A stretch of 63,837 bases of DNA, counting the filler, from Candidatus Rokuibacteriota bacterium (lineage in GTDB: Bacteria > JAUVQV01 > DATDCY01), in NCBI GenBank assembly GCA_031406795.1. It is 7 parts of 7 records of this genome, joined end to end, with 100 filler letters (N's around TTAATTAATTAA, not from the genome) between each part and the next. Parts side by side here need not be neighbours in the genome. Positions count along the whole stretch, not along the records: positions 16,812 to 28,362 come from JANOHV010000078.1; 6 more parts are not named here. One strand, 5' to 3'. The translations under genes were made by a program, and so were the position numbers. Each line of letters opens with the position of its first letter. Within the stretch, counting starts at the first letter, position 1. Under the pieces are notes generated by a model that was not told where the DNA came from, searched no databases, and was given only the letters and a program-made list of their open reading frames with translations. Below are positions 16,848 to 28,462 of the stretch, in pieces.

Positions 16848-17337
16848 GCCCCGCCTCCCGATCGCCGCGATAGAACCGCACCCTGCCGGTAGTGGGCGCC
16901 AGCGAGCACCGGTAGACGCCGCCGTCGGCGCCACGCAGCGTGATGCTGCCGAGGCTGCAGGTACCATCGGGGTTGAAGACCTTTTCGGCTGCGCCGGCGA
17001 CGGCCACGATGGTGCCGCGCGGGATCGGTTGCTCCTCCCCGTCGGGAACCCAATCCGCCCCCTGCTCCCGTTCCACACGAAACAGCCAGGCGCCGTCGTC
17101 GAGCTGACGCGCCGACACCCGCACCCGCCTCCCGGTGACGACCGCGCGCCAGTGCGCCAGCCGCAGTTTCTGGGTCAGCCCGACCGCGGCGGATTCGAGT
17201 TCCTGCCCGCGCCGCAGCCCGGCGAGGGCGGGGTACGCCATCGCCGACGCAACAGCCACGATCGCCACGACCGTGATTAGCTCGACCAGGGTGTAGCCGC
17301 CGTCACGCCGGATACCGCCTAAGGCCATTGTTGCCAT
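16837..17337 (-). CDS. FimT/GspH-like minor pilin
   Basis: GYTLVELITVVAIVAV; VFNPDG; TGRVR. Confidence 0.8.
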   Translation of the reverse strand: MATMALGGIRRDGGYTLVELITVVAIVAVASAMAYPALAGLRRGQELESAAVGLTQKLRLAHWRAVVTGRRVRVSARQLDDGAWLFRVEREQGADWVPDGEEQPIPRGTIVAVAGAAEKVFNPDGTCSLGSITLRGADGGVYRCSLAPTTGRVRFYRGDREAGRGR

Positions 17338-17579
17338 GAGCGGGTCAATTGCACCATCCGTGCCAGTTGCCGGATCCCGCAGAAACCGTCGAGTGCCGCA
17401 CCATTGCCGAGGATTCAGCACGGAACGCGACCATCGAAGACCACGCGGGCGCTCCCCGGGGAGCGCTGTTCGCCGTCAACCAGTGCCCAGCGGGAGCAGC
17501 GCCTGGCAGCCGCCGGCCGCCATGACGGATCGGACGAAGAAGAGGGTGCGACAGGGGAGAGTTGTGGTACAAGGATCGC

Positions 17580-18386
17580 ATGTGCGAACTCTGCACCAGG
17601 CACGGCGACGGCCAGGTCTGGTACCGCAACGCCCGCAACTACGCCCAGGACCTGCTCGCCGACCTGCGGCGGCGGCGCTTCATCGAGGAATTCTACCGGA
17701 CCACGATGACCGAGGGGCTCGTGGGACTCGGCCGCCTCGAGTCCATTCACCGGCGCAAGGGGCGACTGCCGCGGAAGCTCGTGCGCGCGATCGTCGATCA
17801 GGCCCGCGACGAGCACTTCGGCCAGGTCGTGACGCTCGACGATGTCCGCGCGATCGTCGGCGCGGCGGCGCAGGTGGTGCGCCTGCCCTGCGCCTGCCGC
17901 TGGGTCGACGAGCACGTCGAGGCGCGCAGCTGCTACAGCCTGAGTTACTCCGCCGACCCCTGGTTCAAAGGCCTCGACCCCGCCTCCTTCGGCGCGCCGC
18001 CGACCGCGGGGCTGGAAACCGTGTCCCGGGAGGAAGCCGTGGCGCAGATGGCCGCCCTCGAAGATAGCGGCGCCGTCCACACCATCTGGACGATGGTCAC
18101 GCCGTTCATCGGCGCGATCTGCAATTGCACGCCGAAGCAGTGCCTTGGGCTGCGCAATCTCGCGATCGGGCTCGACACGCTCTCGCCGGGGGAGTGCACC
18201 GCTACGGTGGACGCTCTCGCCTGCTCCGGCTGCGGCCGGTGCCTGGGGCGCTGCCACTTCGGCGCAATCTCCATCACGGAAGATGCGGGGCGCGCCGCAG
18301 CACGCGTCGATACGGCCCGCTGCTACGGCTGCGGCCTGTGCGCCAGCGCGTGCCCGGAGCAAGCGATGGCGCTGCGCCCGAGATGA
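17580..18386 (+). CDS. 4Fe-4S dicluster protein
   Basis: CSGCGRCLGRC, CYGCGLCASACP, CACR, ICNC. Confidence 0.85.
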   Translation: MCELCTRHGDGQVWYRNARNYAQDLLADLRRRRFIEEFYRTTMTEGLVGLGRLESIHRRKGRLPRKLVRAIVDQARDEHFGQVVTLDDVRAIVGAAAQVVRLPCACRWVDEHVEARSCYSLSYSADPWFKGLDPASFGAPPTAGLETVSREEAVAQMAALEDSGAVHTIWTMVTPFIGAICNCTPKQCLGLRNLAIGLDTLSPGECTATVDALACSGCGRCLGRCHFGAISITEDAGRAAARVDTARCYGCGLCASACPEQAMALRPR

Positions 18387-18389
18387 ACT

Positions 18390-18689
18390 GACTGGCCGCA
18401 TCCGGTTGTGGTGCGGAGCGTAGAACTCCGTCATCTTCTCGAGATTGACCACCAGCAGATCGAGTAACCCGGGATTCTCACGCGCGAATTCGTCCAGCAT
18501 GTATTCCGCGCCGCCGAAGTAGATATCCCCATCTTCGCCGAGCTTTTGAGCTAGCTCCGCGGGCGTGGCCTTGAAGCCCTCGACGCTGACCCCGTGCTTT
18601 TCCCGGAACAATTCGGCGCATTCCTTAAGCAGGTGATGCGGCCCGCCGGGACCGTAAGCGCGCAGGACTTTGACTTTATGCGCCTCGGC
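18390..18689 (-). pseudogene. AcfC-like substrate-binding protein fragment
   Basis: VLRAYGPGGPHHLLKECAELF...DIYFGGAEYML; in-frame stop directly upstream and no signal peptide. Confidence 0.55.
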
Positions 18690-19053
18690 TTACTATGTAC
18701 AGCAACTCGACCGTCGCCGCCAGCTTGACTATCCTACTCCTTAGCCCGAGAATGAAAAATGAATGTTTTATTCTTCGGTAGAGGAATATCTTTAATTGAT
18801 GACAGGAAGGTCCATGAGAGCAATCGCTCGAAAAATATTCAGGAATTACGGTTTGGCTACCATGACAGACCGAGGGGCAATCTTGCCAACCATCAGAAGA
18901 GATTTTGTTGGCCCGCTGACGCCAATCATTTAAGACCAGACCATAACCTGCGATTCATGGCCAACAAGAAACGACTGGCAGGCTGGTTGCAGGGGCAGCA
19001 TTCGCGTCTGGCTGCTCGTCCAACCCACACGCCCCCAGCGAAAGATCCTCCTC

Positions 19054-22000
19054 ATGCGCCTTGAGGACATTCAGCCAGGCGCATCCCTGAACGGCTTAGA
19101 GACCGTTGCCGTCGCCACCGTTGTTGCCGTGGTGCCGATCTCTGCGGATACCATTCAACTCGTATATAAAACGCCGGACGGCACTTTGAAGGACATCCTC
19201 CTCGGGCGACACGATGAGGAAAGCATCACCCCAGCCACACGGGAGCGCCCGTGGTCGTTCGACGGCGACGGCGCCGCTTTCAAACTGGCGGTCGAGGCCA
19301 AGCGAATCGACCTGGCGTTCCTGTTCGATCCCATGATGGCCGTCCACACATCCAATGTCGAACCCCTTCCGCATCAGATCACCGCGGTTTACGAGTCCAT
19401 GCTTCCTCGTCAGCCGCTGCGCTTCGTGTTGGCCGACGACCCGGGGGCCGGAAAAACAATCATGGCTGGCCTCTACATTCGCGAACTCATCATGCGAGCC
19501 GATTCCCGCCGTATTCTTGTAGTCGCTCCCGGCAGTCTGGTCGAGCAATGGCGCGACGAGTTGTTCGAGAAGTTCGGACTCCAGTTCAATGTGTTTTCCT
19601 CCGCTCTTGAGGCGGCTACACCAACCGGCAATCCCTTCGAGGATCTTGACCACCTCATCGTCCGGCTCGATCAGATGGCTCGCAACGAAGAACTTCAGGA
19701 GAAGCTGCTTGCCGCCTCATGGGATCTAGTGATTTTCGATGAGGCCCACAAACTCGCCGCTCATTTCTTTGGCTCCAAACTCGAAAAGACCGGGCGCTTC
19801 ATCCTCGCGGAGAAACTCGGTGCCCGCACCCGGCATCTCCTGCTGATGACCGCCACGCCGCACAGCGGGAAAGAGGAGGACTTCCAGCTTTTCCTCTCGC
19901 TGCTCGACTCCGATCGCTTCTACGGCAGGTTCCGCGATGGCGTCCACAAGGCCGATTCCTCGGATCTCATGCGCCGCATGGTGAAGGAGGAAATGTGCAA
20001 GTTCGACGGCACGCCCTTGTTCCCCGAGCGCCGCGCCTACACGGCCAATTACAAACTCTCCAACATCGAGTCCGCGCTTTATGAGGCAGTCACTTCCTAC
20101 GTGAAGACCGAGATGGGCAAGGCCGACGCACTCAAAGGCCCCCGCAAAGGTTCGGTCGGTTTCGCGCTGACTTCACTCCAGCGCCGACTCGCCTCCAGCC
20201 CCGAGGCCATTTATCAATCCCTCAAGCGTCGCCGCGAACGTCTGGAAAACCGTTTACGCGAGGAAAACCTGTTGGCCCGTGGTCAGCAATTCTCCGCCCA
20301 GATTTTGGAAGCGCCGCCGGAAGACGACGACGACCTGAGCGCCGAGGAGCAGGAGGAGCTGGAAGAAAAGCTCACCGACACGGCCACTGCCGCCGAGACC
20401 ATCGCCGAACTCGAAGCCGAGATCGCCATTCTCGCCAGTCTGGTCGAGCAAGCTCGCGGCGTGGTGGATTCGGGACTTGATCGCAAGTGGGACGAACTTT
20501 CGAAGATTCTCCAGAACGATCCCAACATGCGCGATGCCGGTGGTCGCCAGCGCAAGATGATTGTCTTCACCGAGCACCGCGACACCCTTAACTATCTGGA
20601 GCGGAAAATCGGCGGTGTTCTCGGCACACCCGACGCGATTGTCACGATCCACGGTGGCACGCACCGCGACGAACGCCGCAAGCGCCAGGCCCTGTTCCGT
20701 TCCGACCCCGAAGTCCGTATCCTTCTCGCCACCGATGCTGCTGGTGAAGGCGTGAACCTCCAGAACGCCAATCTCATGGTCAATTACGATCTGCCATGGA
20801 ACCCGAACCGCCTCGAACAACGCTTCGGGCGTATCCACCGCATCGGCCAACAAGAGGTCTGCCATCTCTGGAACCTCGTGGCCAAAGAAACCCGCGAAGG
20901 CGAGGTCTACCACCGCCTCCTCACGAAGCTCGAAACCATCAACGAGACCTTCAAAGGGCGCGTGTTCGATATTCTCGGTGAGGTGTTCGAGGAAAAGAGT
21001 CTCAAGGATCTTCTCCTCGATGCTATCCGCTACAACGACCAGCCCGAGGTTCGTGCCCGCCTCGCCCACAGCATCGACACCGCCTTCGACAACAGCCGCA
21101 TCAAGGAACTTCTCGAACGGAACGCGCTCGCGCAGGAAACCATGAGCGCAGAGCGGCTCTTCGCCGTGAAGGAACAGATGGAAATGGCAGAGGCCCGCCG
21201 ACTTCAGCCTTACTTCGTCCGCTCATTCTTCACGAAGGCGTTCGAGGGTCTCGGCGGAGCCATGTATCCCCGTGAGCCGGGCCGCTGGGAGATCACCCAC
21301 GTTCCCGCCCTCATTCGCGAGCGCGACCGCCGGATCACCGGGCGCAACCGTCGCGAACTTGCTCCCGTCCTGAAACGATACGAGCGCGCCTGTTTCACCA
21401 AGGAAGCCGTCCGTCCGCTTGACCGGCCGGGCATACCGTTCGCCCAGATGATCCACCCTGGCCACCCGCTCATGCTTGCTGTCAGTGACATAGTGCTGGA
21501 GCAGCACAGCAATTTAATGCGCCAGGGCGCGATCCTCGTGGACCCCGCCGACGAGGGTGAAGAAGCCTCGCTCCTTTTCCTCATCACCCACGAGATCAAA
21601 TCCGGCGACAGCACCGTCCTTTCCAAGCGGCTCCAGTTCGTCCACGTCACTCCCGCCGGCAAAGCCTCCTTTGCAGGATGGGCACCGCACCTCGATTACG
21701 AGCCTTTGGCCGACGCCGACCGCGCCTTGCTCGCCGGCCTGCTTGAGTCCGACTGGATTCGCGCCGATCAGGAGCAAAAAGCCCTTGCCCTCGCCGCCAC
21801 CACACTTGTCCCCGAGCATTACGGTGAAGTCGCCGGCCGCCGCATTGCCCATGTGGACAAGACCCTTGCCGCCGTTCACGAGCGGTTGACCAAAGAAATC
21901 GCCTTCTGGTCCGACCGCTGGATGAGACTCAAAGAGGATCAGGAAGCCGGGAAAGACGTGCGCCTGAATCTCGAAAACATCCAGCGCACTATCAACGACC

Positions 22001-22569
22001 TCGAAGGCCGTCTGCAAAACCGGAAGAAGGAACTCCAGTCCATGCGCCACGTTACCAATGGCACCCCGGTCGTTCTCGGTGGCGCGCTCGTGGTCCCCAT
22101 CGGCCTGTTGCGCAAGCTGCGGGCTGAGCCGGCACCCGATGCCGCAATGGCTGCGTTCTCCGCCGACCCCGCAGCTCGTTCGCGCATTGAGCAGTTAGCC
22201 ATGAACGCCGTCCGTCTTGCCGAAGAAGCTCGCGGCTGCCGTGTGGTGGATGTCTCCGCCCAGAAATGCGGCTGGGACATCACCTCCTATGCGCCTGCCG
22301 TGGATGGCAAATTGCCCGAGTCCCGCCACATCGAGGTCAAAGGCCGCGTCAAGGGCGCGACCACGGTCACGGTGACCAAGAACGAAATCTTCGAAAGCTG
22401 GAACCAGGGCGTCAAGTACCACCTCGCCATCGTTCTCGTCGGCGAAGACGACTCCATCGACGGTCCCTACTACGTGCCCCATCCCTTCAAGGAAGAACCC
22501 GGCTGGGGCGTGGCCTCCGTGAATTACATTCTCAATGACCTGCTTGCGCGTGCCGGAGGCGTCCTGTGA
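19054..22569 (+). CDS. SNF2-family helicase with C-terminal DUF3883-type nuclease domain
   Basis: [35 protein letters not shown]...IEVKGR. Confidence 0.9.
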   Translation: MRLEDIQPGASLNGLETVAVATVVAVVPISADTIQLVYKTPDGTLKDILLGRHDEESITPATRERPWSFDGDGAAFKLAVEAKRIDLAFLFDPMMAVHTSNVEPLPHQITAVYESMLPRQPLRFVLADDPGAGKTIMAGLYIRELIMRADSRRILVVAPGSLVEQWRDELFEKFGLQFNVFSSALEAATPTGNPFEDLDHLIVRLDQMARNEELQEKLLAASWDLVIFDEAHKLAAHFFGSKLEKTGRFILAEKLGARTRHLLLMTATPHSGKEEDFQLFLSLLDSDRFYGRFRDGVHKADSSDLMRRMVKEEMCKFDGTPLFPERRAYTANYKLSNIESALYEAVTSYVKTEMGKADALKGPRKGSVGFALTSLQRRLASSPEAIYQSLKRRRERLENRLREENLLARGQQFSAQILEAPPEDDDDLSAEEQEELEEKLTDTATAAETIAELEAEIAILASLVEQARGVVDSGLDRKWDELSKILQNDPNMRDAGGRQRKMIVFTEHRDTLNYLERKIGGVLGTPDAIVTIHGGTHRDERRKRQALFRSDPEVRILLATDAAGEGVNLQNANLMVNYDLPWNPNRLEQRFGRIHRIGQQEVCHLWNLVAKETREGEVYHRLLTKLETINETFKGRVFDILGEVFEEKSLKDLLLDAIRYNDQPEVRARLAHSIDTAFDNSRIKELLERNALAQETMSAERLFAVKEQMEMAEARRLQPYFVRSFFTKAFEGLGGAMYPREPGRWEITHVPALIRERDRRITGRNRRELAPVLKRYERACFTKEAVRPLDRPGIPFAQMIHPGHPLMLAVSDIVLEQHSNLMRQGAILVDPADEGEEASLLFLITHEIKSGDSTVLSKRLQFVHVTPAGKASFAGWAPHLDYEPLADADRALLAGLLESDWIRADQEQKALALAATTLVPEHYGEVAGRRIAHVDKTLAAVHERLTKEIAFWSDRWMRLKEDQEAGKDVRLNLENIQRTINDLEGRLQNRKKELQSMRHVTNGTPVVLGGALVVPIGLLRKLRAEPAPDAAMAAFSADPAARSRIEQLAMNAVRLAEEARGCRVVDVSAQKCGWDITSYAPAVDGKLPESRHIEVKGRVKGATTVTVTKNEIFESWNQGVKYHLAIVLVGEDDSIDGPYYVPHPFKEEPGWGVASVNYILNDLLARAGGVL

Positions 22570-24157
22570 ACAGGCACCGCTCGCTTGTGTTCATTTCCAG
22601 CGTGCAAAAGGAATTGGCAGAGGAACGCCAGGCTCTCAAGTCTTTTATCGAGGGCGACGCACTTCTGCGCCGGTTCTTCGAGGTGTTTCTCTTTGAGGAG
22701 TTGCCGGCGTCGGGCCGCCGGGCGGATGAGGTTTATCTTGCGGAAGTGGATCGTTGCGACGTGTATCTTGCCCTCCTCGGCAACGAGTACGGCCACAAAG
22801 ACCGGGAAGGCTTGTCCCCCACCGAGCGCGAGTTTGACCGTGCCACCGCCAAAGGCAAAGAGCGGCTGGTGTACATCAAAGGCGCCGACGACATCGCCCG
22901 CCATCCCAAGATGCAGTCGCTTATCGACAAGGCCAGCGCGCAACTTACCCGGCGCCGGTTCGGTAGCGTGCCCGAGCTGACCGCACTCGTTTATGCCAGT
23001 CTCGTCGAGCACCTTGAGCGCAGCGGACATCTTCGCACCAAGCCCTTCGACGCCGCCGTCTGTCCGGACGCCACGTTGGCCGATCTCTCGCGCGAGAAAC
23101 TCGCCGAGTTCCTGGCCGCCGCCAAGGCTGAGCGGGCTTATGTGGTCGGGCCGCGAACCTCGACCCCAAAAGCGCTGGCCCATCTGAATCTGCTGGACGG
23201 CGACAAACCCAGCCATGCCGCCGTGCTGTTGTTCGGGAAGAAGCCCCAGCGCTTTCTCATTACCTCCGAAGTCAAGTGCATGCACTTTCACGGCACCGAG
23301 GTGCAGAAGCCCATCCCCTCCTACCACATCTACAAGGGCACGGTCTTCGAACTGGTTGATCAGGCGGTGGATTTCGTCATGGCCAAGATCGACCGTGCCG
23401 TCATTCCCCAGGACGACGCTGTCGCCAGTCAGGTGAAATACGAGCTGCCGTACAAGGCGGTGCGCGAAGCCATCGTCAACGCCGTGACGCACCGCGATTA
23501 CACCAGCAACGCCAGTGTGCAGGTTATGCTTTTCGCCGACCGACTCGAAGTCTGGAATCCCGGCGAACTGCCGCCGACACTGACCATCGCCGGGTTGCGC
23601 CTACCGCACGCCTCTATTCCGCATAATCCCCTCATCGCCGAACCCATGTTCCTTGCAACGTATGCAGAGAAAGCCGGTAGCGGCAACTCGACATGATCAA
23701 ACTCTGCCGGGCGGCCGGTGTTCGCGCCCCGGACTTCCGGCAGGATGGCGGCCAGTTCGTGCAGACCCTTTGGCGGCCCAAGCCGAATGCGACCGCGCAA
23801 GTCACCGCGCAAGTCGGCACAGAATCCAATGTCTTCAAAGACAAGGTGTTGCAAGAGCTCGCTGAGACTCTGGGAACCCCCGCCGCGCAAGTCACCGCGC
23901 AAGTCACCGCGCAAGTCATCAAGGTGCTCGATGCGGCGGCAAGTGAGGCAAAAAACCGCGAGGATCTCCAATCAGTAGCAGACATCGCCCATCGCGAACA
24001 CTTTCGTAAATTCTACGTCGAACCGATGGTGGAGTCTGGCTGGCTCGAACGCACCATCCCCGACAAGCCCACCAGCCGATTCCAGAAATACCGGCTCACG
24101 GCGAAAGGCCACGCCTGGTTGGCGAACGCGAAAACCGCCGGGAAAAGACCTTCATGA
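22566..24157 (+). pseudogene. DUF4062 + RecG-C/HATPase-like + wHTH protein, frameshifted near 23690
   Basis: VFISSVQKEL..ER; REAIVNAVTHRDY; WNPG; TAQV repeats; [14 protein letters not shown]. Confidence 0.75.
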
Positions 24158-25528
24158 CCTATCCCGTCAAATCACCTCGCAAGCTGATCGAGGTTGCGCT
24201 GCCGTTGGATGCGATCAATGCCGCCTGCTCGCGGGAGAAGTCCATCCGACACGGGCATCCGTCCACACTCCACCTCTGGTGGGCGCGACGGCCTCTGGCG
24301 GCGGCGCGAGCTGTCATCTTTGCGCAGTTGGTAAATGACCCCGGTTATCAGCAGGGCGGGGGCTCCAAATACGGGCGGGAAGAACAAGAAAGAAGCCGCG
24401 ATTGAGCGGAAGCGGCTCTTCAAGATCATCGAAGACCTTGTGCTGTGGGAAAACACCACGAACGAAACCGTCCTCGAAGCTGCCCGCGTCGAGATCCGCC
24501 GCTCGTGGCGGGAGGTGTGCGAACTGAACAAGGACCACCCGCAGGCACTTCAGACGCACCCAGCTTTGCCTGTCACCATTTACTACGCGTTTAAGCAGGC
24601 AGAAACCGACTCGGAGTCCGGCACCGTTTCGACTGGATGGGAGACCTTCCTTGAAGCTGTTACACGCGCTGGTTTACAGTTGTCGGGCACATGGCCAATG
24701 CGCACGGAGCTTGAAAATAGGCCACGCGGAAGTGGGTCCAACGCCCTCGCTTCCAGCATCGTCCTTGTCTGTCGCAAACGCCCCGCCGATGCGCCGACGA
24801 TTTCCCGCCGTGAGTTCATCCGCGAATTGAACGGACTCCTGCCAGATGCGCTCGACGTGATGACCAAAGGCTCCGGCGATGACCGTTCGCCCGTCGCACC
24901 GGTGGACCTCTCGCAGGCCATCATCGGGCCGGGCACGGCCGTCTTTTCCAAATACGCCGCCGTGCTGGAGGCCGACGGTTCGCCCATGAGCGTCCGCACC
25001 GCCCTCCAGCTTATCAACCGCTTCCTAGCTGAAGACGACTTCGACGCCGACACCCAGTTCTGCCTCCACTGGTTCGAGCAACACGGCTGGGCCGAAGGAG
25101 TTTTTGGTGATGCTGACACGCTGTCGCGTGGCAAAGGCACGAGCGTGGACGGGATGAAGGAAGCCGGCGTCCTGCAAAGCGGCAGCGGCAAAGTCCGCCT
25201 CCTCAAGTGGGCCGAGTATCCCACCGGTTGGGACCCGAGCACCGATAAGCGCACACCAGTGTGGGAAGGCCTGCACCAGCTCATCCGGGCACTGAAACAA
25301 GGCGGAGAATCCGCCTCCGGCGCACTCCTCGCAGCCCTCGGTGGTAAAGCTGAAGCCATCCGCCAACTCGCCTACCGTCTCTACACCCTCTGCGAACGCC
25401 TCGGCAAAGCCGAAGACGCCCGCGGCTATAATGAACTCATCACGAGCTGGACGGGCATCGAAACCGCTGCTGCCAGCGTCACCGTCCCAGAACCGGCCGC
25501 CCCGTATTTGCCCGGCTTTGAAAAATAA
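24154..25528 (+). pseudogene. DUF1156 adenine methyltransferase with frameshift and internal deletion
   Basis: LIEVALPL...[20 protein letters not shown] duplication at 24372-24379; DHPQA joined to [14 protein letters not shown]; no DPFxGGG or DPPY motifs. Confidence 0.8.
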
Positions 25529-25540
25529 AGGAGCCGTAAT

Positions 25541-28348
25541 ATGAGCCTGAAACCGTGGCGAGAAATCATCGTTCCTCATCCTGACGTTCTGAATGGCACG
25601 TTCCAACAGTCTGAATTTGCCGCCGACCTCACGGCAGTACGCACGGGTAAAGCAACCCCGGAATACGGCGACGCTCAAGCATTCTACGAACGCACCTTCA
25701 TTACCGAGGGTATGGGACGCCTCCTCACGCAGGTGGCACAGCGGCTCAATGGCAAAGGTGGCGAGCCGGTCATCCAACTGCAAACCGCCTTCGGTGGTGG
25801 CAAGACGCACACTTTGCTGGCGGTGTACCATCTGGCCTCACGCAAGTGCCCGTTGGGCGACCTCGCTGGCATCCCGGCACTGCTCGATCAGGCAGGACTG
25901 TTGGATGTGCCACAGGCGCAGATCGCGGTGCTGGATGGCACGGCCCACGCCCCCGGCCAGCGGTGGAAGCATGGCAAGCAAACGATTCGGACGCTCTGGG
26001 GTGAATTGGCATGGCAACTTGGCCAGGCGGAGGGGTTCGCGCTGGTGCAGGAGTCCGATGCGAACGGAACCTCGCCGGGGAAGGATGTACTCTGCACACT
26101 TCTGACCCGCTTCGCGCCGTGCGTAATTCTGCTGGATGAATTGGTCGTTTACATCCGCCAGTTCGTGGAAAGCCAGCCGTTGAGTGGAGGCACGTACGAC
26201 AGCAACCTTTCTTTCATCCAATCGCTTACTGAGGCTGCCAAGCTGGTGCCAAACGCTGCGGTGCTGGCGTCTCTGCCGGAATCCGATAGCCAGGCCGGTG
26301 GTCCGCGTGGCGTAGCGGCATTGAAGGCGCTGGAGGCGGTCTTTAACCGGGTGCAGGCACTCTGGAAAACAGTTGCCCCCGAGGAAGCCTTTGAGATCGT
26401 CCGGCGGCGCTTGTTTGAACAAATCCGTGACGCCAAGGCGCGTGACCAGGTCTGCCGAGCTTTTGCCGACGCCTACGTGGCCGAAGGCGCTAAACTGCCG
26501 CAGGAAACACAGGAGTCCCGCTACTTTGATCGAATGATGCAGAGTTACCCCATCCACCCGGAGGTCTTCGCCCAACTCTACGAGGAGTGGACGACGATTG
26601 ATGGATTCCAACGCACTCGCGGCGTGCTGAAACTCATGGCCAAGGTTATCTATCGTCTGTGGCAGGACGACAACAAGGACCTGATGATCCTTCCCGGCAG
26701 TCTGCCGCTTTATGACAGCAGTGCGCGCAATGAGCTGATCTACTATCTCGGGCCGGGCTGGGATCCGGTGATGGACCGTGATATTGACGGCGAGAGAGCC
26801 GAGACCACGATACTGGAAACCAAGGAGACGCGATTCGGCTCCGTGCAGGCTGCACGCAGGGTGGCGCGGACGGTGTTCCTGAGCAGCGCGCCGTCATCGG
26901 TAAACGCAAAACCTGGAACCCGCGGCATCGACCGTGGGCGAGTTCTGCTGGGCTGTCTCCAACCCGGCCAAACTTCCTCACTCTACTCCGATGCACTGAA
27001 CCGATTGGCGGATCAGCTCCACTACCTAAACTCCTCCGGTGATAGGACGCAGGATGCGACCCGCTATTGGTTCGACACTCGCGCAAATCTGCGCCGGGAG
27101 ATGGAGGAGCGAAAGAAGCGGTTCGAAGACAAGAATGAAGTGCGCGGACGGATGGCGAAGATCGTCGAGAAGCTCGTCGCCGGCGCGACATTCTTTAACG
27201 GCACGCATATCTTCACACCGCACAGCGATGTGCCCGACGATGGGGCGCTGCGTTTGGTTGTGCTGGCACCGGAGCAGTTTTATTCCCGCGAGGAAACCCG
27301 TCTGGCCTTCGATGGTGTGCTGGACTATGTGCGCAACAACGGAACGAAACCGAGGTATCGCGGCAATCGCTTGCTCTTCGTCGCGCCTGATCACGGAGCC
27401 CTGACGCGACTGCGCGATTGCATCCGCGTGGCGTTGGCTTGGAACTCCATTGTCGAAGATGTCGCAGCGATGCGGTTGGTACTGGACAATCTCCAGGCTG
27501 AGCAAGCTCTGAAAGAACTGAGAACTGCGGAAGACGTTTTGCCACGTGTCGCCCGGGAATGCTACAAATGGCTCCTCTGCCCGTCACAAGACAGCCCCAC
27601 AGGCAAGCCGGCCGTGGAGACTTTTCCGATCAACACCAGCGGGGCTACTTTGGGGCCTGAGATCGAGCGGGTGTGCATCGACCAAGTGCTGGTGATCACC
27701 ACCTGGTCACCGATTCATCTGCGGGATGAGTTAAAGAAACTCTACTGGAAGGCCGACAAGATCGCCGTGACAGCCGCCGACTTCTGGGAAGACACACTTA
27801 GATACCTTTATCTCCCGCGCTTGAAAGATCGCGGCGTGCTGGCGCAGGCCATCGTCAAGGGTGCCGGAACAAGCGACTTTTTCGGCACCGCCTATAGCCA
27901 GAACGGAGAAATATTCGAGGGCTTCAAGCTTGGCGATGCCAACGTGCAACTCGACGACACGCTGCTGCTGATCGAACCCGCCGCCGCCAAAGCGTATGGA
28001 GTCGCGCATCCGCCACTCATTCCGCCCGGACCACCTTGCCCCCCTGAACCGCCACGCCCGCCTGGCCCACCCGGACCTCCAGAACCGCCACGACCTCCAG
28101 GACCGCCTCCGACTTCGAAGGCAAAAACATTCTACGGTTCAGCAGACGTCGCACCTGCAACGGCCAAAGTGCGTCTCGTCCAGATCGCAGAGGAAATTAT
28201 CGCCATACTCGCCGCCGACCCGAACGCCGAGGTCAAAGTCAGCGTCGAGATACAGGCGAACTTCCCCAATGGCGCGCAGGATCAGTCAAAGCGCGCAGTC
28301 TCCGAGAATGCAAGGACGCTCGGGTTCAATAATGCAGAGTGGGAATGA
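25541..28348 (+). CDS. DUF499-family AAA+ ATPase
   Basis: [38 protein letters not shown]. Confidence 0.88.
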   Translation: MSLKPWREIIVPHPDVLNGTFQQSEFAADLTAVRTGKATPEYGDAQAFYERTFITEGMGRLLTQVAQRLNGKGGEPVIQLQTAFGGGKTHTLLAVYHLASRKCPLGDLAGIPALLDQAGLLDVPQAQIAVLDGTAHAPGQRWKHGKQTIRTLWGELAWQLGQAEGFALVQESDANGTSPGKDVLCTLLTRFAPCVILLDELVVYIRQFVESQPLSGGTYDSNLSFIQSLTEAAKLVPNAAVLASLPESDSQAGGPRGVAALKALEAVFNRVQALWKTVAPEEAFEIVRRRLFEQIRDAKARDQVCRAFADAYVAEGAKLPQETQESRYFDRMMQSYPIHPEVFAQLYEEWTTIDGFQRTRGVLKLMAKVIYRLWQDDNKDLMILPGSLPLYDSSARNELIYYLGPGWDPVMDRDIDGERAETTILETKETRFGSVQAARRVARTVFLSSAPSSVNAKPGTRGIDRGRVLLGCLQPGQTSSLYSDALNRLADQLHYLNSSGDRTQDATRYWFDTRANLRREMEERKKRFEDKNEVRGRMAKIVEKLVAGATFFNGTHIFTPHSDVPDDGALRLVVLAPEQFYSREETRLAFDGVLDYVRNNGTKPRYRGNRLLFVAPDHGALTRLRDCIRVALAWNSIVEDVAAMRLVLDNLQAEQALKELRTAEDVLPRVARECYKWLLCPSQDSPTGKPAVETFPINTSGATLGPEIERVCIDQVLVITTWSPIHLRDELKKLYWKADKIAVTAADFWEDTLRYLYLPRLKDRGVLAQAIVKGAGTSDFFGTAYSQNGEIFEGFKLGDANVQLDDTLLLIEPAAAKAYGVAHPPLIPPGPPCPPEPPRPPGPPGPPEPPRPPGPPPTSKAKTFYGSADVAPATAKVRLVQIAEEIIAILAADPNAEVKVSVEIQANFPNGAQDQSKRAVSENARTLGFNNAEWE

Positions 28349-28462
28349 GAGGTGAGATGTCCNNNNNNNNNNNNNNNNNNNNNNNNNNNNNNNNNNNNNN
28401 NNNNNNTTAATTAATTAANNNNNNNNNNNNNNNNNNNNNNNNNNNNNNNNNNNNNNNNNNNN

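Noticed and set aside
18759-19064. 101-aa ORF upstream of the helicase
   Set aside because: Atypical composition and no motif; probably a promoter region.
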